Virus record (IMG/VR): IMGVR_UViG_3300037601_000119
Location: 1 to 41,197 of that record
DNA: 41,197 nucleotides
Direction: 5' to 3' (one strand)
DNA from: a virus
Taxonomy: Duplodnaviria; Caudoviricetes
The notes below the pieces were generated by a model that searched no databases, was not told the DNA's origin, and worked only from the letters and a program-made list of their open reading frames with translations. This document shows, one piece after another, positions 34,201 to 41,197 of this stretch (position 1 is its first letter; every line of letters starts with the position of its first letter). Both the position numbers and the translations under genes were made by a program.

Positions 34201-35977
34201 CCCGGACAGTGTCGCCGGCACGCTGTCGGGCGCGATCAACGATATCCGCACGCTCGATCTCGACGCGCTCGACGGGAGCGCGCTCGCCGCGCTGGTGATC
34301 GAGGTCGAGGCGGAGTTCGATCCCGAGGGCGAGGGCCTCGCCGCGACCGTCTCAGCGATCAACCTCACCTTCGTCACGCAGTCCGATATCGACGAGACAA
34401 TGGCCCTCTTTGGCCTCGATGTCGGGTCCGCCTATTCGGTCACGACCGCCCTGTCCGATCTCGGCGACGATATCGACGGCGTGGCGGGCGATCTCGATAC
34501 GCTCGAGCTATCGGTCGCGGACATTGCGGCGGAATACGTCACCGAGGCTGATATCACCGGCGCGCTGGCTGCCTATGATATCGACATCCAGACGCAATTC
34601 AGCGACGTCGACGACGCGCTAGACGGGATCGACACCTCGATTTCCGGGATCAATGCTTCGCTCACCTCGCTTGCGACCGCCGACCTGGCGAGCGCGGCGT
34701 CCCGTGAGAACCTTCTCGCCCTGCTCGGTTCGGCGCGCGCGGAAACCAATGTCGAGCGGATCGTCCGCGCCGGGGAAACCTCCGCGCTGTCGGGGCAGAT
34801 CACCGATCTCGAGGCCGAGTTCGACGACGAGGAGGCGGGCAGTTTTGCCGCCTATGTCAACGAGACCTTCGTCACCTTTGCGGGCTTCTCCGATGAATTG
34901 GAGGGGGCGTATTCGGCGCTCGATCTGACCCTCAACGCGACGTGGAACGATCTCGCCGATGGCGTTGAAGACTTGGCCGAAACGATTGACGGCGTGCCGA
35001 CCGTCACGCCGGGCCTGTCGTCTCTGGTCAGTGTCCTCGCCGAGGCGCTGATCGACGCGAGCGATCCCGACAACCCGGTCGCGCTGGCCTTTTTCGAGAT
35101 CGCCCTTGCGGCCACGGGAAGCGAACCGGCGCTCTTGCGCCTGACCACGGGCGGCGGCGACCCGGCGGTCCTCGCGGCGGAAAGACTGGTTGTTGGCACC
35201 TTCGACGGCGCGGGCGATCTCGCCGATTACGTCGATGTGATGGAGTTCGAAAGCGGCTTCGCCCGGATGCTGACCGAAATGCGCCTCGCCGTAAGCGCGG
35301 CGCTGACCGCCTATGCCGACGAGGGCGGGGGCGGGGAAGTGGAGATCTTCCGCCTCATCAACGATCCGACGCATGGCGCGGAAATGTTCCTGCGCGACCG
35401 CGACGGAAATATCCGCGCTGAATTCTCGCACGACCGGACTTTCGTTGACGGCGCTATCGTCCGCCCGCCGACCGCGACCAAGCTCTTGAGCGCCGACGCC
35501 GAGGCGAATTACGGCGTCGGGTCTGCTGGCCCGGAAACCACGATTGCCAGTGTCCGGCTTGACGGCGTGACGATCCCGAACGTGCTGACACTTCACGGCT
35601 CGCGCCTCAAATCCCGCGCAGGCGCGAACGCGGCGGATAATACCAGCGTGGTCGTGACGTGGCGGCTTCGGGCCGGCACCGGGCCGAATACCCATGTCCA
35701 GACGCTCGCCTCCGGCCTCATCTCCTATAACCAGCCGGGCGGGACGGTCCTCGAGCAGTCCAACGACTTTTACGACGAGGCGGTCGTGAACCGGATTTAC
35801 ACGCTCGACGAGACTTTGACCGGCGAGGTCTGGATCAATCTGACCGTCCAAGTCACCGCCGCCGCGAATAATGGCGACAAGGCGTATTTCGAGGGCAATG
35901 CGGTCGCCGAGGCGTCCCGCACCGCCCTGACCGTTTCCGTTCTGCCAGGCGGCTGCGATGCCGCGACCGCGATCTAA
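31271..35977 (+). CDS. Tail tip / central tail fibre (gpJ-like) with an Fn3-like domain and a long acidic repeat shaft
   Basis: YDPRLDSTYPGGSG, NP, LKPGD motifs; Fn3-like LSPDTIYDVSIR; downstream heptad-like acidic repeats. Confidence 0.88.
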   Translation: MADPISGAIAAIVTASASVLTAGFTQSVATTLTSFAVQAAGTAVLSTAINAVVQPSVGAGGSPTQWQSDTDSGVPFVMGRRAIAGHAVHIDEWGPDNRYLSVVNVYSGAGPIKAFGDFYADETVVSFGGAYNKVSTGSYKDVMWMDRRMGAQPDTALASPTDPAIAGALPGWTSSYKLSGKASSMWTLALDKERKRYPAGAPKPLQVIEGIYGYDPRLDSTYPGGSGSCRLNDRSTYVWIENPIIGALNFAIGLRENGKVVAGISDEDTPSLNGIDTDAFITCANVADANGWTISAHWTSKDDKHQVYLAMLQAGGAKDCTVAGKLSCYTRGAPKTSVVTISAADTAGPVEISTAAPRIGRVNTIIPRCVLETHKWEMTPCDEVSVAAHITTDRAKRSRGMDYPFVPDAVQASQLAGLDIEDSREPITGRMPLKRYMQQLKPGDAFTITEPGFSLDGLKAVVVDREIDTASGIVTITFRSDTDAKYDFALGLDPTPPTYPELTPPDPNDVPAASSDDWDVTGTSVTTGSGQTLVGHPALSVTGDFVNEDVASAVIEYRKAADSAWIYHGEFASVADFETLIQPLSPDTIYDVSIRLRNIFGVLGDETDRLVIEDVQTPPFFTSDDSVNLGGVPAGTVHQRVERLIAGLGAVAAGVRVEQVERATEDGVLLASITTLSGEIDDVEGSIVDILALEIDPESVLALAFTEIDGRLDDAEGTITDIIALEIDPGSVLIQRFETVEGRVDDTEGSISDIISLDLDPGSALLTRFSDIEASVEDVEGAITEEASVRLTGDQANLALIERLTAGLGATSGALTVERTVRASEDALIIADVTTLEGRVDDAEGTITDILSLSIDPESVLASSIIDLDGRLDDAEAGIVDILALDISPSSALALRFTDLEAELDPEEGGSYAAGVQSSLSALATADEVAAAIRERLIAETAAARATMTAERQIRITAEGLLASDISTLEGELDVEDPDSVAGTLSGAINDIRTLDLDALDGSALAALVIEVEAEFDPEGEGLAATVSAINLTFVTQSDIDETMALFGLDVGSAYSVTTALSDLGDDIDGVAGDLDTLELSVADIAAEYVTEADITGALAAYDIDIQTQFSDVDDALDGIDTSISGINASLTSLATADLASAASRENLLALLGSARAETNVERIVRAGETSALSGQITDLEAEFDDEEAGSFAAYVNETFVTFAGFSDELEGAYSALDLTLNATWNDLADGVEDLAETIDGVPTVTPGLSSLVSVLAEALIDASDPDNPVALAFFEIALAATGSEPALLRLTTGGGDPAVLAAERLVVGTFDGAGDLADYVDVMEFESGFARMLTEMRLAVSAALTAYADEGGGGEVEIFRLINDPTHGAEMFLRDRDGNIRAEFSHDRTFVDGAIVRPPTATKLLSADAEANYGVGSAGPETTIASVRLDGVTIPNVLTLHGSRLKSRAGANAADNTSVVVTWRLRAGTGPNTHVQTLASGLISYNQPGGTVLEQSNDFYDEAVVNRIYTLDETLTGEVWINLTVQVTAAANNGDKAYFEGNAVAEASRTALTVSVLPGGCDAATAI
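33302..33973 (+). repeat. 96-bp (32-aa) tandem repeat units inside the tail tip gene
   Basis: G(R/E)xDDxEGxIxDIxxLxIDPxSxL units starting at 33302, 33398, 33494, 33782 and 33878. Confidence 0.88.
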
Positions 35978-35994
35978 CAGAGGATCAATCGCCC

Positions 35995-37389
35995 ATGGCC
36001 TATATCAACCCTATCGACGGCTCGATCAGCGGCACGCCAGCGGTCGATTTGACCCGCGTCGGCGACGAGGCCGCGCTCCTGTGGGAGACGCTCGGCAAGC
36101 CCTCGCTGATCCTGCGCCCGCGCGACAACCTGTTTTACGAGCGCGAGCGGTTTGGCGATGCGCAGTTGAAAAAACACCTCTCGTTCAAGGATGCGATGAC
36201 GGCGTTCACGCGGTCCTCAAAGCGCCGGGATGATGCGGCGACCGGATTGCAGGGTGCGCTCGTCGGGCCGTTTGTCGAGGCGGCGAACGACCTGCCGTGT
36301 ATCAGCCGCGCGGGCCTGCGCCTCGGCGGTGCGGTCACGAATTACATCCGAAACGCGCTGTTTGAGGGCGCGAGCGGGGCCACACCGCCGCCAAACTGGT
36401 CGGTCGCGATGGCCGGGCTGACGGTCACTTATACCATCATCACCTTTATGGGCTGGCCGGCGTTGCGCGTCGATGTTTCGGCGGGAACGGCGAACGGCAG
36501 TTCGACTCAAATCCTATTTGAAAGCCCGACACAAATCGTGTCCACGCCGACAAACCCTTTCACCGGCGGCGTTGCGCTCGCGCTTGTCTCCGGGGTGTGG
36601 CCCGGTTCGCCCGTGCTGCGAATGCAGGGCCGAAATACGGGAGGGTCGCTGCTCGGCGAAACGACGCAGGCGGTCACGTATTCGGATTCCAATCTCCGGC
36701 GTTACTCTGCCACGCGCACCATGGCGGTGAGCGAAGATCGTGCGTCCTTCGGTATTGGTTTCGGAGCGCTGTCGGGGGCCGTAACTGCATTCAGCTTTGT
36801 TGTTGTTGCGCCGACTTGCACGCAAACGCCCTTCGATCCGGGGCCGATCTTCCCCGCGGCGGGCGCGCCGGGGAATTCCTCGGCCGTGGCGGATGCCTTC
36901 TACAGGTCGACCGGCGATTGGTGCAATCCGAACACGGCGTTCGCGGCGGTTTCGATCATGGAGGTCGGCGGCTTGAGCGGCGTGTCTTTTTCGCCTGGAC
37001 CGATCTTTTCTGATGGCTCGTCGAATAACGCCGTTTCGCTCGGCGTGAACAATGTAAACGGAACGCTTTTCGGTTCCGCCCGAGAAGGGGGGGCGGCAAA
37101 CATGAGCATTTCGAACGGCACATTTTCGGCGGCGGCCGGCGACAAGGTCGCCCTCGCTATGGCCTTCAACGGCACGACGCTGACATGGGCCGCAAAGGTG
37201 AAGGGTGATGCGATTGTGAACGGTTCCGGGGCCGCGTCCCTGTCGGGCCTTGATCGCTTCTCGCCGTGCGGCGGCTCGACCATGACCTATGGCGGCGGCC
37301 CGGCGCGCCTGATCGAATCCATGGTCTGGCCGGAAGCCAAGGATGCGACCTTCCTCGAAAACCTCGTCAACCGCGTGGAGTATGTCTGA
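35995..37389 (+). CDS. Fibre / receptor-binding protein with carbohydrate-binding or LamG-like beta domains
   Basis: FTRSS...GLRL...VTNYIRN motif of phage fibre proteins; G/S/T/A-rich beta composition. Confidence 0.7.
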   Translation: MAYINPIDGSISGTPAVDLTRVGDEAALLWETLGKPSLILRPRDNLFYERERFGDAQLKKHLSFKDAMTAFTRSSKRRDDAATGLQGALVGPFVEAANDLPCISRAGLRLGGAVTNYIRNALFEGASGATPPPNWSVAMAGLTVTYTIITFMGWPALRVDVSAGTANGSSTQILFESPTQIVSTPTNPFTGGVALALVSGVWPGSPVLRMQGRNTGGSLLGETTQAVTYSDSNLRRYSATRTMAVSEDRASFGIGFGALSGAVTAFSFVVVAPTCTQTPFDPGPIFPAAGAPGNSSAVADAFYRSTGDWCNPNTAFAAVSIMEVGGLSGVSFSPGPIFSDGSSNNAVSLGVNNVNGTLFGSAREGGAANMSISNGTFSAAAGDKVALAMAFNGTTLTWAAKVKGDAIVNGSGAASLSGLDRFSPCGGSTMTYGGGPARLIESMVWPEAKDATFLENLVNRVEYV

Positions 37390-37733
37390 TGCCTGAAAAC
37401 GGATATCTCTTGCGCTTCGCCGATGCGGCGGCGGCGCTGGCCACCTGTCCCACTTTGTTCGCCGAGGGCGAGGACGGCCCGGCCCTGACCGGCGGGGCGA
37501 TGGATCGCTCCGGCACGGTTTACGAGACCGCGCCGGTCTCGCCCGTCTATGGCGAGGTGATCGATCCCGAAACCGGCGAGCCGGAAATCACTACGCCCGG
37601 CACGCCCGGCACGCTGTTTACGGGCTTCGTCGTGATGATCCCGCTCGGCCATCCCGCCGCGGCCGAGGCGCTGGCCGCCGACCCTGATCCCTTCATCGAT
37701 CCTGCCGAGGGGCAGGAGGCGTATTACACCTGA
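37389..37733 (+). CDS. Putative fibre-associated chaperone
   Basis: YLLRFADAAAA...G.VY...IDPETGE; coupled to the fibre gene. Confidence 0.6.
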   Translation: MPENGYLLRFADAAAALATCPTLFAEGEDGPALTGGAMDRSGTVYETAPVSPVYGEVIDPETGEPEITTPGTPGTLFTGFVVMIPLGHPAAAEALAADPDPFIDPAEGQEAYYT

Positions 37734-37763
37734 TCGCTTCATCGTCTGAAAAAGGAGAAACCC

Positions 37764-38024
37764 ATGACGAATGCGAAAGCCCGCGCGGCGGCCGATGCCG
37801 CGCTGAATGATCTCGAAACCGAGGAAGTGTCCCGCGCCGAGGGATGGACCGAACGCGCGGCGAAGATTGCCGCCGACCGCGCCGCGCTCGAGGCGGAAAT
37901 GACCGAGAACGCACCGCGCACCGCGAAGGGTGTCGGCGCGATGAAAGCCGTTCACCAAGCCTTGCGGGGCGGTTCGGCCATCGACCGCATTCGCGCCCGC
38001 CGCGCCGAGCGCGCCGCCGGCTGA
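37764..38024 (+). CDS. Hypothetical helical protein
   Basis: Strong AAGGAG RBS; phage-like codon use. Confidence 0.75.
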   Translation: MTNAKARAAADAALNDLETEEVSRAEGWTERAAKIAADRAALEAEMTENAPRTAKGVGAMKAVHQALRGGSAIDRIRARRAERAAG

Positions 38025-38051
38025 TTCCGGCGAACGCCATTCGCTGACACC

Positions 38052-38088
38052 GCCCGCCCGGCACAGTGTTCGCGGCGGGCTTTTTATT
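38052..38088 (+). terminator. Intrinsic terminator
   Basis: GCCCGCC (38052-38058) / GGCGGGC (38074-38080) stem followed by TTTTTATT. Confidence 0.7.
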
Positions 38089-38100
38089 GAGGACAATTCC

Positions 38101-38397
38101 ATGACCACGAAACGCAAAGCGCGGGCTTCGGCCTCGACCGCCGCCACGAATGCCGGCGCCCCCATGACCCGCGATGAAATGGAAGCCGCGCTCGCCGCGC
38201 CCGAGCTCGATCAGGCGCGGGACTTCGCCGAACGCCTCGACGGGCTTCGCGCGCAAATCGTCGCGGCGGCGAAAGAGGCGAAAACCGCCAAGGGCGCGAA
38301 GGCGCTCGCCGAGATCGCCGGGCGCATTGTCACGCCCGATCAGATCAAGGCCGCGACCGAGCGCGCGAAAGCCCGCAAGGCCGCGAACGCGGGCTGA
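38101..38397 (+). CDS. Ala/Lys-rich hypothetical protein
   Basis: GAGGA RBS; 98-aa ORF. Confidence 0.7.
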   Translation: MTTKRKARASASTAATNAGAPMTRDEMEAALAAPELDQARDFAERLDGLRAQIVAAAKEAKTAKGAKALAEIAGRIVTPDQIKAATERAKARKAANAG

Positions 38398-38401
38398 TCC
38401 C

Positions 38402-38824
38402 ATGGACCTGCCTCAATCCCCTCTCGGCTGGGCGAATTTGTTTGCCCATGCCTGGGCGGCGGCCGCCTATCTGACGGCCGCGATCGCCGGCGTGCGCGCG
38501 CTGCGCTGCGCCTATGACCATGTGCCCGCCTGGCCGCTCTGCCTTGTGGTCGACGCGACGCGGTGGGTGTTCGGGCGATCCATGTCGCCGCGCGCCTGGC
38601 GGCCGCGCGATTTCGTGTCGCTCGGCGTGTTCGGCGCGGTGCTGGCCTGCCTGTTCGGTGTGTCGATCGAGGTCGAGTTCTTGACCGGCATGGACTGGCG
38701 AAAGCTGGGCGGCGTTCAGGCGTTGCAACAGGCGGCGGGTCATGTCGTGACCGGCTCGGCGCTGATCATACTTCATTGCGGCATCGCGCTGCGCTTTCAA
38801 AAGGACAGGGAGGCGGGTCGATGA
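38402..38824 (+). CDS. Multi-pass membrane protein (holin/antiholin candidate)
   Basis: About three hydrophobic segments; first gene of the lysis cluster. Confidence 0.6.
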   Translation: MDLPQSPLGWANLFAHAWAAAAYLTAAIAGVRALRCAYDHVPAWPLCLVVDATRWVFGRSMSPRAWRPRDFVSLGVFGAVLACLFGVSIEVEFLTGMDWRKLGGVQALQQAAGHVVTGSALIILHCGIALRFQKDREAGR

Positions 38825-39168
38825 CGGTCGAGCCTAATGCTTTGCAGCGTGTGCTGTCGCTCATCAACTCGGCGGCCGACCTGGTCGTCCTGTCGATTCT
38901 GCTCGTCGTGCTGACGATCTTCATTCTGCCCGGCACGCAGCGCAGCTGGGCCTATGCCGCCTGCGGCATCGGCATGGGTGTCGCCGGCGGGCTGGCAGCG
39001 CGCTGGTTCGGCCTGTCGGAAGGCTGGGTCATTATCGGCACGCTCGTCGGGGTGATCTCTGGCCCGGCGACCGTGATCTATTTCCAGAATAAGACGGTCT
39101 CCGAAGTGTTCGAAGAGATCAAGGCGCTGCGCGAAGGGCGCCGATCGGGCGGGGAGGGCGAATCATGA
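38821..39168 (+). CDS. Putative holin
   Basis: Three TM-like segments and a charged C-terminus; GGGAGG RBS; directly before the endolysin. Confidence 0.7.
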   Translation: MTVEPNALQRVLSLINSAADLVVLSILLVVLTIFILPGTQRSWAYAACGIGMGVAGGLAARWFGLSEGWVIIGTLVGVISGPATVIYFQNKTVSEVFEEIKALREGRRSGGEGES

Positions 39169-39632
39169 GCCGCCTGGTCCTGTCCCGCATCAAGCACGAT
39201 GCGAACGCCACCCAAGGCGAGCTGACGCTCGACGGTGTGCGGCTTTGCTACACGCTTGAAAACCGGCCGCCGCGCGACGAGGGCGTGAAAGAGCCAGGCC
39301 TTTCGCGGATCCCGGCCGGAACCTGGCCGTTGCAGCTGCGCACCGAGGGCGGGTTTCACACTCGCTATGCCTCCATGTTCGGCGCGGCGCACCATGGCAT
39401 GGTCGAGATCCTGATCCCCGGCTGGAAATACGTCCTCTTCCATATCGGCAATTACCATTCCGACACCGATGGCTGCGTGCTGCTCGGCTCCGAACTCGGC
39501 ACCAGCCCGGCGAAGGGCCTGTGTGTCTGGCGGTCGCGGGACGCCTACAGGGAAGTCTATCCGCGCCTGCTCGAGGCGGTCCGGAACGGCGCATCGTTAG
39601 TGATCGAGGACGAAGGGGAGTGCCGCGCATGA
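39165..39632 (+). CDS. Putative endolysin, DUF5675 (L,D-transpeptidase-like)
   Basis: TQGEL...CYTLE...RIPAGTW...LFHIGNYHSDTDGCVLLG...SRDAY. Confidence 0.85.
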   Translation: MSRLVLSRIKHDANATQGELTLDGVRLCYTLENRPPRDEGVKEPGLSRIPAGTWPLQLRTEGGFHTRYASMFGAAHHGMVEILIPGWKYVLFHIGNYHSDTDGCVLLGSELGTSPAKGLCVWRSRDAYREVYPRLLEAVRNGASLVIEDEGECRA

Positions 39633-40021
39633 TTGCCCGCCTCCTGCTGCCGGCCGGTGCCGGCTTCGTCCTCGGCGTCTTCGCGCTGCTGTTCGTCGGC
39701 GTGCCGCTTCTCGTGCCGAGCTGGCTGACCCTGCATGACCGGGTGCAAGCCCGCGAGGCTGCTGCCGCGGGCCATGCCGAGGCCTTCGACGTGTCCGAGG
39801 GGCGCCGCGCCAGCGAGGGCCGCGACGCCATCGCCACGGTCGAGGATGAGCGCGGCAGCTGTTCGGCCCGGCTGGCCGCGCAGCGCACCGCCTATGAGGC
39901 CGCGATCGACCGCATCACCGAAAGGATGGACCCCGATGCTCCGACTTGCCCTGACTCTCGCGGTGTGCGCCGCATTGAGCGCCTGCCAGACCATGCGGCC
40001 CCGGTGGTCGACCCCGAGTGA
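39629..40021 (+). CDS. Inner-membrane spanin (Rz-like)
   Basis: N-terminal TM segment and a helical periplasmic domain with Cys; follows the endolysin. Confidence 0.72.
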   Translation: MIARLLLPAGAGFVLGVFALLFVGVPLLVPSWLTLHDRVQAREAAAAGHAEAFDVSEGRRASEGRDAIATVEDERGSCSARLAAQRTAYEAAIDRITERMDPDAPTCPDSRGVRRIERLPDHAAPVVDPE

Positions 40022-40238
40022 AGCGGCACCGCCCGCCCTGTCCCCGGCCATCTGTGCCGCAACCGAGCCGGAGCCGGACGTGCCAGACGGCGCCGGCTAT
40101 CCCGAACCGCTTACGGTCGAGGAAGAGCGCGCCGTCGCCCGGCTCGAGGCCTACCGCGCAGAGTTGACCCTGTGGGGCCGCCGCGGCTGGGGCGTGGTCA
40201 GCCTGGCGCAGAAGGCCTGTCCGGCTGACCCTGCATAG
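39936..40238 (+). CDS. Outer-membrane spanin lipoprotein (Rz1-like)
   Basis: Lipobox ALSA-C; Pro-rich; overlaps the i-spanin 3' end in another frame. Confidence 0.8.
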   Translation: MLRLALTLAVCAALSACQTMRPRWSTPSEAAPPALSPAICAATEPEPDVPDGAGYPEPLTVEEERAVARLEAYRAELTLWGRRGWGVVSLAQKACPADPA

Positions 40239-40273
40239 AACCCTGCATAATCGGAGCCGGTTTTGGAAAAGAG

Positions 40274-40474
40274 TTAACGCGCCAACGGATTCGTCCAGAG
40301 CGGCTCGACCGTGATCCGCTTCCGGTCGCGTTCCCCGCACTGGCTGCAGACGGCATGCCGCCGCAGCCGGGCCGCTTCCCTAACCGTGTCCATGCCGTCC
40401 GTCACCTCACGCCGCGATCGATGCCGGCAGGTGTGGCAGTGGATCCGGAATGCGTAGACGGTCGGCTCGATCAT
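40274..40474 (-). CDS. Small zinc-ribbon protein
   Basis: CHTC...CSQC pairs. Confidence 0.7.
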   Translation of the reverse strand: MIEPTVYAFRIHCHTCRHRSRREVTDGMDTVREAARLRRHAVCSQCGERDRKRITVEPLWTNPLAR

Positions 40475-40587
40475 CTAAGGAGCCAAGGCAGGGCTATCAG
40501 CGCCAGACCCGCCACGACGAAGAACGGCACGATGACATAGAGGCCGAGGCGCTCGCGCAGCGTGAGGGGCGGGTCGTTATCGTTCAT
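40471..40587 (-). CDS. Small single-TM protein
   Basis: MNDNDPPLTLRERLGLYVIVPFFVVAGLALIALPWLLR; ATGA coupled at both ends. Confidence 0.6.
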   Translation of the reverse strand: MNDNDPPLTLRERLGLYVIVPFFVVAGLALIALPWLLR

Positions 40588-40808
40588 GCCATTGTCGGCA
40601 GGTGCCATTTTATAGCGACCGGGCGCACCGCCCACCCGAACATGGCGCCGCGCGGATGACGAACGAAAAAGCCTCGCCCCTCCCACTCAGCGCGCTGCCA
40701 GAACCAGATCGTGTGAACTTCAAATCGACCCGAGTCGCGAACGGCTTTTGAGAAAATCCGCAAAGCCGCTGCTGATTCCTCGACCGTACATAAAGCGGAG
40801 TTGCTCAC
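40584..40808 (-). CDS. Hypothetical protein
   Basis: GTGA and ATGA overlaps link it to both neighbours. Confidence 0.5.
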   Translation of the reverse strand: MSNSALCTVEESAAALRIFSKAVRDSGRFEVHTIWFWQRAEWEGRGFFVRHPRGAMFGWAVRPVAIKWHLPTMA

Positions 40809-41197
40809 GGCTTCGTCCTCTCCAGCGCTTCTGCTGCAAGGTTGATAGCGTCCACAACGTCACGACGTACAACTCCGTCTGAATACAGAGCCTCACGCTC
40901 TTCCTTGCTGAGTACCCAAAGCATCTGCTCGTGAAGCGTTCGAATTTCTTCCGGTGCGGGGCGGCCTCTGGCCACCGCCTGCCGAATGACAATGAGCGCG
41001 TTAACCGCTTGTCTGGCATCGACCAGGGACAGAAGCGAACGAACGCTGTCGGCAAATTCCGGACTTTCTATCACCGCGAGTTCGTTCAGCCGTTCCTCAA
41101 TATCTCGAGCGTGCTCGATCGCCCGCCGGGCAAGCGGCGCAACCCATGTGCCAGCCAGCCCGGCAACGGCAGCGGCAGCGTTTAGCTTCGTATCCAT
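40805..41197 (-). CDS. Hypothetical helical protein
   Basis: 130-aa ORF with visibly lower GC; start lies at the window edge. Confidence 0.6.
   Translation of the reverse strand: MDTKLNAAAAVAGLAGTWVAPLARRAIEHARDIEERLNELAVIESPEFADSVRSLLSLVDARQAVNALIVIRQAVARGRPAPEEIRTLHEQMLWVLSKEEREALYSDGVVRRDVVDAINLAAEALERTKP

Larger units (their letters stand above)
1..40238. mobile_element. Temperate siphovirus prophage (HK97-type head, lambdoid organisation); exact boundaries not determined
   Basis: Continuous int, immunity, replication, packaging, head, tail and lysis modules in canonical order. Confidence 0.95.

Noticed and set aside
33302-37389. Diversity-generating retroelement or invertible tail-fibre cassette
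   Set aside because: No reverse transcriptase or invertase gene, and no adenine-specific TR/VR pair was seen; the repeats are in-frame protein repeats.
1-41197. tRNA, rRNA genes and an attL/attR core duplication
   Set aside because: None recognised by eye; tRNAscan-SE and flanking sequence would be needed.

Overview
The window holds a nearly complete, GC-rich, lambdoid-organised temperate siphovirus prophage from an alphaproteobacterium, probably Caulobacterales/Hyphomonadales-like given its GcrA, GapR and CtrA-like genes. Order from left to right: (1) tyrosine integrase, an overlapping excisionase-like gene and a leftward early operon (C5-MTase-like, J-domain, DUF5131); (2) an immunity region with 17-bp operators at PL and PR, a WYL-TerB moron, a lipoprotein, cI and cro; (3) a rightward early operon (CII-like, GapR, LexA-HTH, GcrA, HNH, MT-A70 MTase, ParB-like, two CtrA-like winged helices, DnaB, a replication initiator with iterons, a NusG-like antiterminator); (4) HK97-type packaging and head genes; (5) sugar-modification genes interleaved with the neck genes; (6) tail, acidic central fibre, side fibre, lysis cassette and a short convergent operon. 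The most notable features are a sialyltransferase/Maf-like domain with no start codon of its own, which appears to be made by a -1 frameshift from the small gene after the capsid gene and sits next to an acetyltransferase and a second glycosyltransferase (candidate virion-glycosylation system); a cell-cycle-regulator mimic cluster; a WYL-TerB fusion at the rexAB position; and an 844-codon lysine-free stretch in the central tail fibre. Family calls come from motif recognition by eye, and no database searches were run. The att sites were not located.
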